17,224 nucleotides of DNA from Polyangiales bacterium (lineage in GTDB: Bacteria; Myxococcota_A; Polyangia; Polyangiales; Houyiibacteriaceae), in NCBI GenBank assembly GCA_045106895.1, contig JBGCFM010000051.1:1-17224 (forward strand). Reading direction: 5' to 3'. Positions 7,180-15,066 of this stretch are shown in pieces (the first letter of the stretch is position 1; each line of letters starts with the position of its first letter). Both the position numbers and the translations under genes were made by a program. A model generated the notes under the pieces. That model searched no databases and was not told the DNA's origin. It worked only from the letters and a program-made list of their open reading frames with translations.

Positions 7180-7970
7180 AGACGACCCGAGAGCATCAGG
7201 CCAACGCCTGTGGGACTCGCGGAGGGGGACAGCTGCAGGTGTGCGCTGCCCTCGTCCTCTTCGTCACCACCGTCCGTGGCGACGAGAACGATGCCGACGA
7301 CAGCGCAGACAAGGCCAACGCCGAGGAGAACATCGGCGGCAAGCGCGTTGTTGTTCACCTCGTCGGCGAGCTCGAGCTGTTCGGAGCGATTCGTCGCGTC
7401 CTCGAACTCGTTGTTGCTCGCCAGAGCGAGTCCACCAAAGATCCCACCCGTGATGAGGGACACGGCGCCGGTGCCGATGAGAACCCAACCCGCGGTGGTC
7501 TTGCCACCTCGACGGCTGCTTGGGGGCATTGGCTGAACGGGCGCCACCTCGGGTGGATCGACGACCGGGTCGACCTCCGTGACAGGGTCCGGCGCCTGCT
7601 CCGCCGCGTTGATCGCTTCGATCTCCGCACGGAGACTCGCGACGGCATGCAGGGCACGTGTTCGTGTGTCCGAGGTCGTGCCAGGGAGCTCAAGGAAGAG
7701 CTCGTAGGCAGCGATGGCCTCTTCGCGCTTCACCGCACGTTCGAAAGAACGCGCCGCGTTGTATTGGAGCTCCGGTTCGGGACGGATAGCGTAGGCGGCC
7801 TGGAATGCCTCCGCCGCCGTTTCGTAGCGACCCGCTTCGTATTCGCTCAGACCACGATCAAGGTGTTGCTGATACTCATCGTCGGCTCCTTCTTGAGCCG
7901 CCGCGACAGTTGCAGAAGAGACGACGAAGAGCGCCGCGACAAGGGACCAGAGCCGTGTTGATTTAAGCAT
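7176..7970 (-). CDS. Exported tetratricopeptide-repeat protein with C-terminal hydrophobic segments
   Basis: 264 aa from ATG 7970, which overlaps the upstream TAA (TAATG). Sec signal (AAA-Q), TPR helices (G...Y.AG.Y..A...F..AY...P.P.L.YN.AR), Pro-rich linker, two Gly-rich hydrophobic helices and a terminal GVGLMLSGRL strand. Architecture typical of myxobacterial TPR/PEGA proteins. Confidence 0.85.
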   Translation of the reverse strand: MLKSTRLWSLVAALFVVSSATVAAAQEGADDEYQQHLDRGLSEYEAGRYETAAEAFQAAYAIRPEPELQYNAARSFERAVKREEAIAAYELFLELPGTTSDTRTRALHAVASLRAEIEAINAAEQAPDPVTEVDPVVDPPEVAPVQPMPPSSRRGGKTTAGWVLIGTGAVSLITGGIFGGLALASNNEFEDATNRSEQLELADEVNNNALAADVLLGVGLVCAVVGIVLVATDGGDEEDEGSAHLQLSPSASPTGVGLMLSGRL

Positions 7971-9307
7971 TATCGATCTCCCACGCACATGGGTGGAACC
8001 ACTGCCGGATTGCCGTCGATGTCGAAGACACCTTCGACATGCCAGCACATGTTCAGTAGGTCCCGGTCCGTCGGGAGCGTGCCACTCGCGATGCGGACGG
8101 TGCCCGTCGTGTCGCTGATAGGCCCCGCGAAAGGCAGGTAGCGCCCCTCGTCGGTATCTTCGGAGAGGTCATCCACGAAGCCTTCGACGTCGAGTCGAAC
8201 GGTGGACGGGACCAGGGTCGTGTTGATTGGCGAAAGGTAGGCGGTGCTCGCGTCCGGATCCGCCTGCATCTGGTCAAACAAGACCTCGTTGGGATCCCAC
8301 GTTCCTTCCTGCATCGATGTCAGAATGCGGGTGACGATAGGACCCCAGTTCCAGTACGCGCTCGCCAAACAGGTCTCCGGCGCAAAGTCGCAGCTGTCGG
8401 GGTTGTCGTAGCCAATGGTGAAGAGGGGTCGCTCGGCGGAGGTCCGTGCGTTCGCGGTCTCGATGGGGATCGTGGTGTCCGTAAAGCCCATGATCACATC
8501 CGCACCAGCATCGAGAAGCGCATTCGCAGCGTTCGCTTCAGCCTCGGGGTTGAACCACGCGAAGGCCCACTCCACCATGACGCGAACCGAAGGGTCGATG
8601 GAACGAGCACCTTCTGTGAACGCGTTCACGTGGCGGACGGTTTCCGGGATGACGACGGGTCCGACAATACCAAGGGTTCCAGTGTCGCTCATTTGAGCAG
8701 CGAGGCGCCCCGCCTGATACATGACCTGGTACATGCGCCCAAAGTACGAACCAAGGTTCGGGCCCGTGGAAAACCCGGAGCAGAGCAGGAAGTTCACGTC
8801 GGGGTAGCGAAGTGCGGCGCTCTGAATCGGCGCGAGGAAGTCGAAGCTTGTCGCGATGACGACGTTGTCGCCGCGGGCCACGAACTCGTCGATTCGGCCG
8901 GCCGCATCAGCGGCGGACACCGAGGGCGCGAACATCGCGCTCGTGTCTTCCATGCGTTCCAGGAAATAAACGCGTCCGTCGTCGTGGGCCTTCGTCCATC
9001 CGTGGTCACCAACCGGCCCAACGTAGAGCAGTCCAACCTGAAGGTCGGGTTTCGCGGCGGGCCCAGCGAACTCACAGAAGCTCTCACCGCCGCAGGTCGC
9101 GCCGACGCCGCAAACCACCGCGCCCCCACATTCCGTGGTGCATCGGTTAGCGCGACACAGCCCGGTCTCACATTCCGAACCGTCGGAGCACGACCCGCCG
9201 AACGGTACTTCGCCGACTTCATCGACAGTCGGATCCAAGATGAGCGAACAACTCCCAAGCACAAGCGCGAGTCCCGCGAAGCGTAGGGTGGAGAGGAAAG
9301 AAGTCAT
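7970..9307 (-). CDS. BMP family (PnrA/Med-like) substrate-binding lipoprotein with N-terminal Cys-rich module
   Basis: 445 aa from ATG 9307. Lipobox LGSC, an 8-Cys module, then BMP motifs VGLLYVGPVGDHGWTKAHDDGR, ATSFDF, WFNP, YWNWGP and LLNMCWHVEGV. Confidence 0.9.
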   Translation of the reverse strand: MTSFLSTLRFAGLALVLGSCSLILDPTVDEVGEVPFGGSCSDGSECETGLCRANRCTTECGGAVVCGVGATCGGESFCEFAGPAAKPDLQVGLLYVGPVGDHGWTKAHDDGRVYFLERMEDTSAMFAPSVSAADAAGRIDEFVARGDNVVIATSFDFLAPIQSAALRYPDVNFLLCSGFSTGPNLGSYFGRMYQVMYQAGRLAAQMSDTGTLGIVGPVVIPETVRHVNAFTEGARSIDPSVRVMVEWAFAWFNPEAEANAANALLDAGADVIMGFTDTTIPIETANARTSAERPLFTIGYDNPDSCDFAPETCLASAYWNWGPIVTRILTSMQEGTWDPNEVLFDQMQADPDASTAYLSPINTTLVPSTVRLDVEGFVDDLSEDTDEGRYLPFAGPISDTTGTVRIASGTLPTDRDLLNMCWHVEGVFDIDGNPAVVPPMCVGDR

Positions 9308-9389
9308 GAAATCGGTCTCAATTGGTACAAACAACGTTCAGTGTTTCTTCGAGCGCGCTCAAAGATCCAGCTAGCAAAGAAGAACAGGC

Positions 9390-11399
9390 CTAATCGACGA
9401 CGGGCACCCGAGTGGAGTCATCCACGAGCCCACGACGAGGCTCAACAAGAGGCACCGTCCGAGGGCGCTCAGACATCGTTTCAGGCGTAGGCGTGGTGGT
9501 CGTCTCGCGTGGAGTCGCAGGAGTCATGGACACCGAGGGATTCCGACGCATCGGCGTGGTCGCTGGCGTCATCTCCGTTGCCGTAGGTGTTTCCACGGGC
9601 GGCAACGACGGCTCCCTCTCTCCAGTCGCCACGGGCGGAGTCTGCTCATCCTGTTCGGAGGTCGGAAGAACTCGTGCCGCGGGAGCGACAGCGCGCAGGC
9701 GTACATCCACCTCGCCACCTTGAGCGACTTCACTACGCACAAGTTCGTCTTCGAACCCTTCGAGGCGAAAACGAAACGTCGGCGAGGTTCCTAGCTCATA
9801 CGTCGCGACGAACGGGGTGATGCCTTGGCGAACCTCGCCGAGGTACACGCCCGCTCCCGCCGGTTCCGACGTAAACGAGAGGGCAACCTGGGCTGTTTGT
9901 GTCGTCTCCGTCGGAGCTGTCGTCTCTTCCGGCAGGAGCACTGCCATGATCGCGCCAATGACCACCGCGATGGCGATGGCGATGGCGATTCGAGAGTTTC
10001 GATTGGCGTTGTCCCCCTCCTCCACGGGTGCGGGAGGCGGATTGAGCGTCGTTGAAACGCCAGTTTCACCCTCGACCGGTCGCATCACGCCGAGAGGCAT
10101 GGCCGGGTGTGATTCCGACGATCCCAAGTCTGGCGAGAGCGCAAACCCAGAGCTTGAGCGGTCTTCCAACACACCGTCGAGGCTCGCGAGGACTCGCTTG
10201 AGTTCAAGGATTGGCTGGTCCATCGACTGGTAGCGATTGCTCGCATCCTTTTCAAGACAGCGGAGCGCCATGGCCTCCAAGGCTGGAGGAATCGACCGTG
10301 GGGGATGGCCTCGTTCGGCGAGGGCTTCCTCGAAGGTCGGCGGGTCTCGCTGGATATGAGCGGCAAGGACATCGATGGAAGCCTCGCCGAGGAAAGGCGG
10401 GCGTCCACAAAAGAGCATGTAGAGCATGGCTCCAAAGGCGTAGATGTCCGCACGCGCGTCAACCTCTTCGCCTCGAATCTGCTCCGGGGACATGTACCGA
10501 GGCGACCCCATCATCACGCCGTCCATGGTCAGGTCCATGTTTCGTCGCTCCGAGTCTTCGAACACTTTGGCTAAACCGAAGTCGAACACCTTCACGTGAT
10601 CAGGAGTTTCCTCACTCTCCGTCGTCAGAAACACGTTTCCAGGTTTGAGGTCTCTGTGGGCAACGCCCTGACGATGGGCCTCGCGTAGCGCGCGGGCGAT
10701 CTGCAGTGAGACGAAGGCGCCTCGAGCCACGGACATCGGACCGTCCTCGACGATCACGCGGCTTAGACGGCGACCCGAGAGCAGCTCCATCGCCATGAAG
10801 AGCACGCCGTCCGGGGCCTCGCCATAGTCGTACACGACAACGATGTTGGGGTGCGTCAGACCTGCGCAAACGGAAGCTTCGAGGAGGAATCGGCGGCGGT
10901 AGGCTGCATCGAGGCCCGAAGAAGAGCCGAGCACTTTGACCGCGACGCTACGTTCGAGAGGAAGCTGCCGACCTCGGTAGACTTTGCCCATGCCGCCCTT
11001 GGCGATGAGGGACTCCAATCGGTACCGGTCGCCCAACATTCGTGGCAAGACTTCGTGGGCGTCGTCGTTGGTATCCTCGGAGATCGCGGCGTCGTCGTTG
11101 GTATCCTCGGCGATCGCGGCGGGCCCAGACTCCGCGGCGGACTCGGACTCCGCGGCGCTGTCCTCGTCCGCGGAGGTGCTCACCGATGCCTTTTTCACTT
11201 CGCTGATGTCCCGCACGTCACTTGTACGTGCGTCCGCGCTGTCGAGTTCACTTGTCTCGATCTCTACGGCGGAGTGATCGAGAGGGGGGTGTCGTACCGA
11301 GACCTGTGAATCATCATCACCGCCGCCGGGCTCAACCGTGGCGTCCGATGAGTTCGGCTCGTGTCGCTCTTCATCGTTCTCGTGAACGCTGTTGCTCAT
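9390..11399 (-). CDS. Membrane-anchored Hanks-type Ser/Thr protein kinase with PEGA-like extracytoplasmic domain
   Basis: KGGMGKVY, VAVK, HRDLKPGN, DFGLAK, GSPRYMSPE and DIYAFG. TM IAIAIAIAVVIGAIMAVLL, PEGA-like TSEPAGAGVY...GITP...LEGF, then a Pro/Thr-rich tail. Acidic disordered N-terminus of about 120 aa. Confidence 0.95.
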   Translation of the reverse strand: MSNSVHENDEERHEPNSSDATVEPGGGDDDSQVSVRHPPLDHSAVEIETSELDSADARTSDVRDISEVKKASVSTSADEDSAAESESAAESGPAAIAEDTNDDAAISEDTNDDAHEVLPRMLGDRYRLESLIAKGGMGKVYRGRQLPLERSVAVKVLGSSSGLDAAYRRRFLLEASVCAGLTHPNIVVVYDYGEAPDGVLFMAMELLSGRRLSRVIVEDGPMSVARGAFVSLQIARALREAHRQGVAHRDLKPGNVFLTTESEETPDHVKVFDFGLAKVFEDSERRNMDLTMDGVMMGSPRYMSPEQIRGEEVDARADIYAFGAMLYMLFCGRPPFLGEASIDVLAAHIQRDPPTFEEALAERGHPPRSIPPALEAMALRCLEKDASNRYQSMDQPILELKRVLASLDGVLEDRSSSGFALSPDLGSSESHPAMPLGVMRPVEGETGVSTTLNPPPAPVEEGDNANRNSRIAIAIAIAVVIGAIMAVLLPEETTAPTETTQTAQVALSFTSEPAGAGVYLGEVRQGITPFVATYELGTSPTFRFRLEGFEDELVRSEVAQGGEVDVRLRAVAPAARVLPTSEQDEQTPPVATGEREPSLPPVETPTATEMTPATTPMRRNPSVSMTPATPRETTTTPTPETMSERPRTVPLVEPRRGLVDDSTRVPVVD
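11061..11120. repeat. Two 30-bp tandem copies within the kinase N-terminus
   Basis: gtcgtcgttggtatcctcgg(a/c)gatcgcggc x2 with one mismatch, encoding AAI(A/S)EDTNDD. An adjacent 18-bp-period repeat at about 11128-11157 encodes SAAESE/SAAESG. Confidence 0.9.
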
Positions 11400-11605
11400 A
11401 CTTCCCCTTCACCGGCCAGGCCGATGACCCGTCGTAGACTCTAACAAGAGTTTGCTCGGGGTCGATGGAATCTCACCACTTTTGAATGGGTCTGACGGAC
11501 TTGTGACACGGGAACCTGTTCAGGATTCGCGACGGAGCTACCCAAAACAGGTGACTTCAGCACGAAATCGATAGCTGGTGTCCTTAGACGAGGAACCTGC
11601 GCTAG

Positions 11606-12418
11606 TCACGCCTTCTGAGCCACAATCGCCATCACGGGAGGTGTCAGCATAAAAGCGCCTGGGGTTGCTGCATGCTCTCGCAGGGCGCTCTGAAACATCT
11701 CGGCATCCGCGGAGCTCAGCGCGCCCTTTCCAACCAGCACGTCGATGTAGCTCTCAAAAAACGTGCGCGGCCACTCCCAAAGCGCTGTGCCCGGACGTGC
11801 GCAGTGAACGATCGGTTTTAGCGAGGTGATCGTCAGTCCCTCCGCTTCGAACATGGCTGGGAGTTTGCCGCCAATATCAAGATCGCCGCCGGAGCTGTGC
11901 CAGCTTTGGACCACCGCATCGATGACCCGCGGCATCACTTCGATCGGGGGCGCCAACGCAAAGGTCTGATACTGGAAGTAGTCCATCACCGCGACGCGGC
12001 CCCCCGGTTTCAATGCCCGAGCGATCTTCCGGACCAGCTCCTCGGGTTCACGGAGGAAACAAAAGAGCCATCGTGCAAAAGCGCCGTCGAGGGTGTTCTC
12101 GCCCATCTCGATGGTGTCCACGCTCGCGTGCTTCGGATGGAGGTTGCGCACGCCCAAGGCCTTCGCCGCGGCCTGGAGGGTCGCAATGGACTTCTGAGAA
12201 GCATCCACGGACAGGACGCTCCCGCCTTCGCGAACGCGCCGAGCCAAAGGCAAAGATGCAAAGCCTGGCCCGCACCCCAGGTCGACGAGGGCATCGCCAA
12301 CGCCAAACCCAGCTTCATCCCAAAGCGCAGATGTCGCCCTCGCCCACACCTCATGTTGAAACCCCAAACGGCTCAGCTCGATGTCATTCTCGCCGAGTAG
12401 GTACTCTTCGTCGCCCAT
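11606..12418 (-). CDS. Class I SAM-dependent methyltransferase
   Basis: 270 aa. N-terminal YLLG...E..RL..Q, motif I VDLGCGPG, VDAS and LKPGGRV..MDY. Confidence 0.93.
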   Translation of the reverse strand: MGDEEYLLGENDIELSRLGFQHEVWARATSALWDEAGFGVGDALVDLGCGPGFASLPLARRVREGGSVLSVDASQKSIATLQAAAKALGVRNLHPKHASVDTIEMGENTLDGAFARWLFCFLREPEELVRKIARALKPGGRVAVMDYFQYQTFALAPPIEVMPRVIDAVVQSWHSSGGDLDIGGKLPAMFEAEGLTITSLKPIVHCARPGTALWEWPRTFFESYIDVLVGKGALSSADAEMFQSALREHAATPGAFMLTPPVMAIVAQKA

Positions 12419-12424
12419 GCGCTG

Positions 12425-12433
12425 AGCCTACCA
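12425..12433 (-). promoter_or_regulatory. Extended -10 element, probable leaderless promoter of the methyltransferase
   Basis: Minus strand reads TGG-TAGGCT-cagcgc-ATG, with no Shine-Dalgarno. Confidence 0.5.
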
Positions 12434-12464
12434 AGGGGCCAGGCGGCGTGTCTCCACGTGAAGC

Positions 12465-13697
12465 TTACGCGTAGTCATCCCCGAGAGTCACCCGCCCCAA
12501 GTCCACGCTGTTCATCAGCGCAGAGAACGACAGAAACGCCGCCAGAGAAGGCAGACGCGTCGCCCAACGAGGTAGATAGCGGGGAGGTGAGACCGTGGTT
12601 CCCATCTCACTTTCGAACGCCATCACGTCGCCAAGGGTCAGTCGCCCCACGAAGAGCGCCCCGACGAGCTCCGGCCGCCGCTCGCTGATCGCTTTTCTTA
12701 AGAACGTATGGACGGCGAAGAGACCGCGTAAATAGACCACGTCCTTCGTAAAGGGCGCTCCGCCCGCCGGGTCTGCGCCACGGAAAATGCGCATGGCTGT
12801 AAACACCGCCTCGCGCTCGGGCTCTCCGGAATCGAGAAGCGAGCGAAAGAGCTCGATGAAGTCGGCACCTTCTTCGACGAGGGCGATGGCGCGTACGCGC
12901 AGCGCAAGTCGCCGAAGCCGCGCCAGATCGATGGTCCCCGTTACAAGCTCGGCGAAGGTTGCGATGCCTTCTTGCGTCGCCGTCGTCCGCGGTGCCCCGA
13001 GCCCGAGGGCGGGAACGATGGGCTGCCGCGCTCCGTTTCGCGCCGTCAGACTGTGAACGCCAACCTCGTGGGCGGAGAGCTGCGCGGCGTCGTCGACGGT
13101 GAAACAAGTGCCCTTGCGAAGCCGAACGCGCATGGATGATGCCGCCGCTTTTGCACTCAGGTTCTCATCCACAACGAAGCGCATCGGTTTTTCGAAGAAG
13201 CCCCGCCACTCCTTCTTCATCTCCGTGGCCACCCCCTCGGCGGTCACGCAGTAGTCCGGGGGCTGGCGGAGCTGCGCCATCTCGTCTGTCGCCAGCAAGA
13301 TATTGTCTGCGGCTTCCCGGTGCGTCAGCTCTGATCCACGGAGAGTTCCGCCAGAGGAGCCATAGAGGTCACAGCTCAGCTCAAAGAAACGCTTCGTCCC
13401 CGTGTGCGCCAGAAGCTGAACCGCCGTCCGGTAGCTGCCCGCGGTATCCGCCAAGTAGCGACCGATGGGATCCTCGCGGTCGCACTTGCCGATGATGGAT
13501 GAAAACTCGGCCTCGAGCTTCGAGGCCCGCTTCACATCTCCGATCGGTGCCGGCGCGATGGGGTTTCCCCGGTGCCAACTCGCCAAGAAGTTGTCCGCCA
13601 CGGACAAAGGCCAACTGATGGCCGACAACACCCTCACTTTGCGCGCAGGTTTGCGCAGGAGATGCGAGAGTTCGAGTAGCTTCTCGTGTCGATTCAC
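12465..13697 (-). CDS. QEGLA-motif protein (DUF1704/TIGR02421; MATCAP-like zinc metallopeptidase)
   Basis: 410 aa from GTG. HExxxH (HEVGVH), T..NG..QP, TQEGIA, R.FRG and PFTKDVVYLRG. Confidence 0.9.
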   Translation of the reverse strand: MNRHEKLLELSHLLRKPARKVRVLSAISWPLSVADNFLASWHRGNPIAPAPIGDVKRASKLEAEFSSIIGKCDREDPIGRYLADTAGSYRTAVQLLAHTGTKRFFELSCDLYGSSGGTLRGSELTHREAADNILLATDEMAQLRQPPDYCVTAEGVATEMKKEWRGFFEKPMRFVVDENLSAKAAASSMRVRLRKGTCFTVDDAAQLSAHEVGVHSLTARNGARQPIVPALGLGAPRTTATQEGIATFAELVTGTIDLARLRRLALRVRAIALVEEGADFIELFRSLLDSGEPEREAVFTAMRIFRGADPAGGAPFTKDVVYLRGLFAVHTFLRKAISERRPELVGALFVGRLTLGDVMAFESEMGTTVSPPRYLPRWATRLPSLAAFLSFSALMNSVDLGRVTLGDDYA

Positions 13698-13768
13698 CGG
13701 GACGGATGTGCCTCACGTCGCCGGCGAACGCAACGATCCTCGCCCTGGGTTCGTCGCCGCGCGCGCAC

Positions 13769-15058
13769 TCAGCTGTCGAAGATCCCGCTCACGGCGACAC
13801 CGGAGAGAACCTCTCGATTGAAGATCTCTGGAGCCACGCCGGCGGCACACGCGATGGTCTTGCCCATGGAGGCCAAGCTGTTGTCATAGGTGACGTCGCC
13901 GCCCTCGGTGACGGTTCCGTTTGTGGAGTCGAACGCGAGCGCCACGCCGTTGTCGCGGCTGCCCGCTTCAACGCCGCCATAGACGCCGCCCTTTGTGTCT
14001 GGGCTGATGACGAGAGAGACCGAGTGGGCTGGGTTGTGGCTTCGCCCATTGGCGACCTGCCGCATCGTTCGTCCAAACACGTTAAGCGTCGCAAATGTCA
14101 TCTGGTCGGCCACGCCGGCCGCTTCAGCTTCGGCAAAGAGCGTCGCGATGGCCGCGATGCCCTCCGTGTGCTCGAGGATCTCATCTTCGAAGCCGGGGTC
14201 TGTGTGGTTGTCGCCGCTGAACGGAAAGTTCACACCCATCACCGGCGCGACACGCAGCCGGATAAGCGCAACGGCGGCCTTGGCCTGCGAAGCGGCGCTG
14301 TCGTCCTCGATATCCGCCAAGAGCGCGCCCGCGGACTCTCCGAGCATCGCTGCCTCCGTCCGTGCCTGCGCCATGTTGTCCAGGAATCGCAGCTGCTCCT
14401 GGTTTCCGCTTTCGCGAAGCGCCGCATAGATCCGGTCGAGGCTTCGGTTTCGAACCTCTGCGAAGCGAGCAAGCGGCGCATCTTCGTCGGCGACGAGGAG
14501 AGCCTTGAGCGCGGTTGGTTTCAGCTTCGGCAGAGGCGCGCCGTTGACGACAAAGGTGTCCGAGTTCCCAAGAGGAAGCGGATTCGCCTGAACCGTGTCG
14601 AGCACCGTGGAATTCTCACGCGCGATAAGCTCAGGGATACTGATGCCGCCCTGCGTCTCTCCTTGAAGTCGAAGCACCTTCGGCAAATCCGGATGAACTA
14701 TGGTCCGAGTCGCGTGGTGCACGAAGGCCGCACGGGAACGAAGCGCCGTCGGCAACCCCTCCCAAATGCGAGCGCCGCGCGCCGTCGACTCACCGAGCTG
14801 CAAGTCCACCGGAGCGAACTCCGCCCCACCGGGATGCACCTGGAAGTCCTGTCCATAGCTCCCCGGCGCGTTGCAGTTAAACGAGTCGCCGCGGGAGTTC
14901 GCCATCAGCACCAAGAAGCGGGCTCCGCCGGGGTCCGCCTTTGCCTGACCGGTCCGCAAGAAGGACACGGGGAGCCCCGTCGCCGCCGCCACCAATCCGA
15001 CGCCGCCGGCGCCGAAGAGGGTCTTCATCAAGTTTCGTCGTGAGAGTTTTTTCTTCAT
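13769..15058 (-). CDS. Tat-exported DUF1501-like protein
   Basis: Twin-arginine signal LSRRNLMK...AKA. C-terminal GDNHTD, NVFGRT and NGRSHN correspond to the DUF1501-type DTH, EFGRT and GxDH motifs. Alternative GTG start at 15070 overlaps the upstream stop. Confidence 0.75.
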   Translation of the reverse strand: MKKKLSRRNLMKTLFGAGGVGLVAAATGLPVSFLRTGQAKADPGGARFLVLMANSRGDSFNCNAPGSYGQDFQVHPGGAEFAPVDLQLGESTARGARIWEGLPTALRSRAAFVHHATRTIVHPDLPKVLRLQGETQGGISIPELIARENSTVLDTVQANPLPLGNSDTFVVNGAPLPKLKPTALKALLVADEDAPLARFAEVRNRSLDRIYAALRESGNQEQLRFLDNMAQARTEAAMLGESAGALLADIEDDSAASQAKAAVALIRLRVAPVMGVNFPFSGDNHTDPGFEDEILEHTEGIAAIATLFAEAEAAGVADQMTFATLNVFGRTMRQVANGRSHNPAHSVSLVISPDTKGGVYGGVEAGSRDNGVALAFDSTNGTVTEGGDVTYDNSLASMGKTIACAAGVAPEIFNREVLSGVAVSGIFDS

Positions 15059-15066
15059 GGGTCGGC

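Noticed and set aside
11061..11157. Repeats as a CRISPR array
   Set aside because: Directly tandem, no spacers, in frame within a CDS, and no cas genes.
11465..11510. Resemblance of minus-strand CCATTCAAAAGTGG to a c-di-GMP-I riboswitch P2 stem
   Set aside because: The flanking GGCAAA and GACGCAAA consensus elements are missing; the similarity is superficial.
13706..15043. 445-aa plus-strand ORF
   Set aside because: Antisense shadow of the DUF1501-like gene; Arg/His-rich with no motifs, as expected in high-GC DNA.
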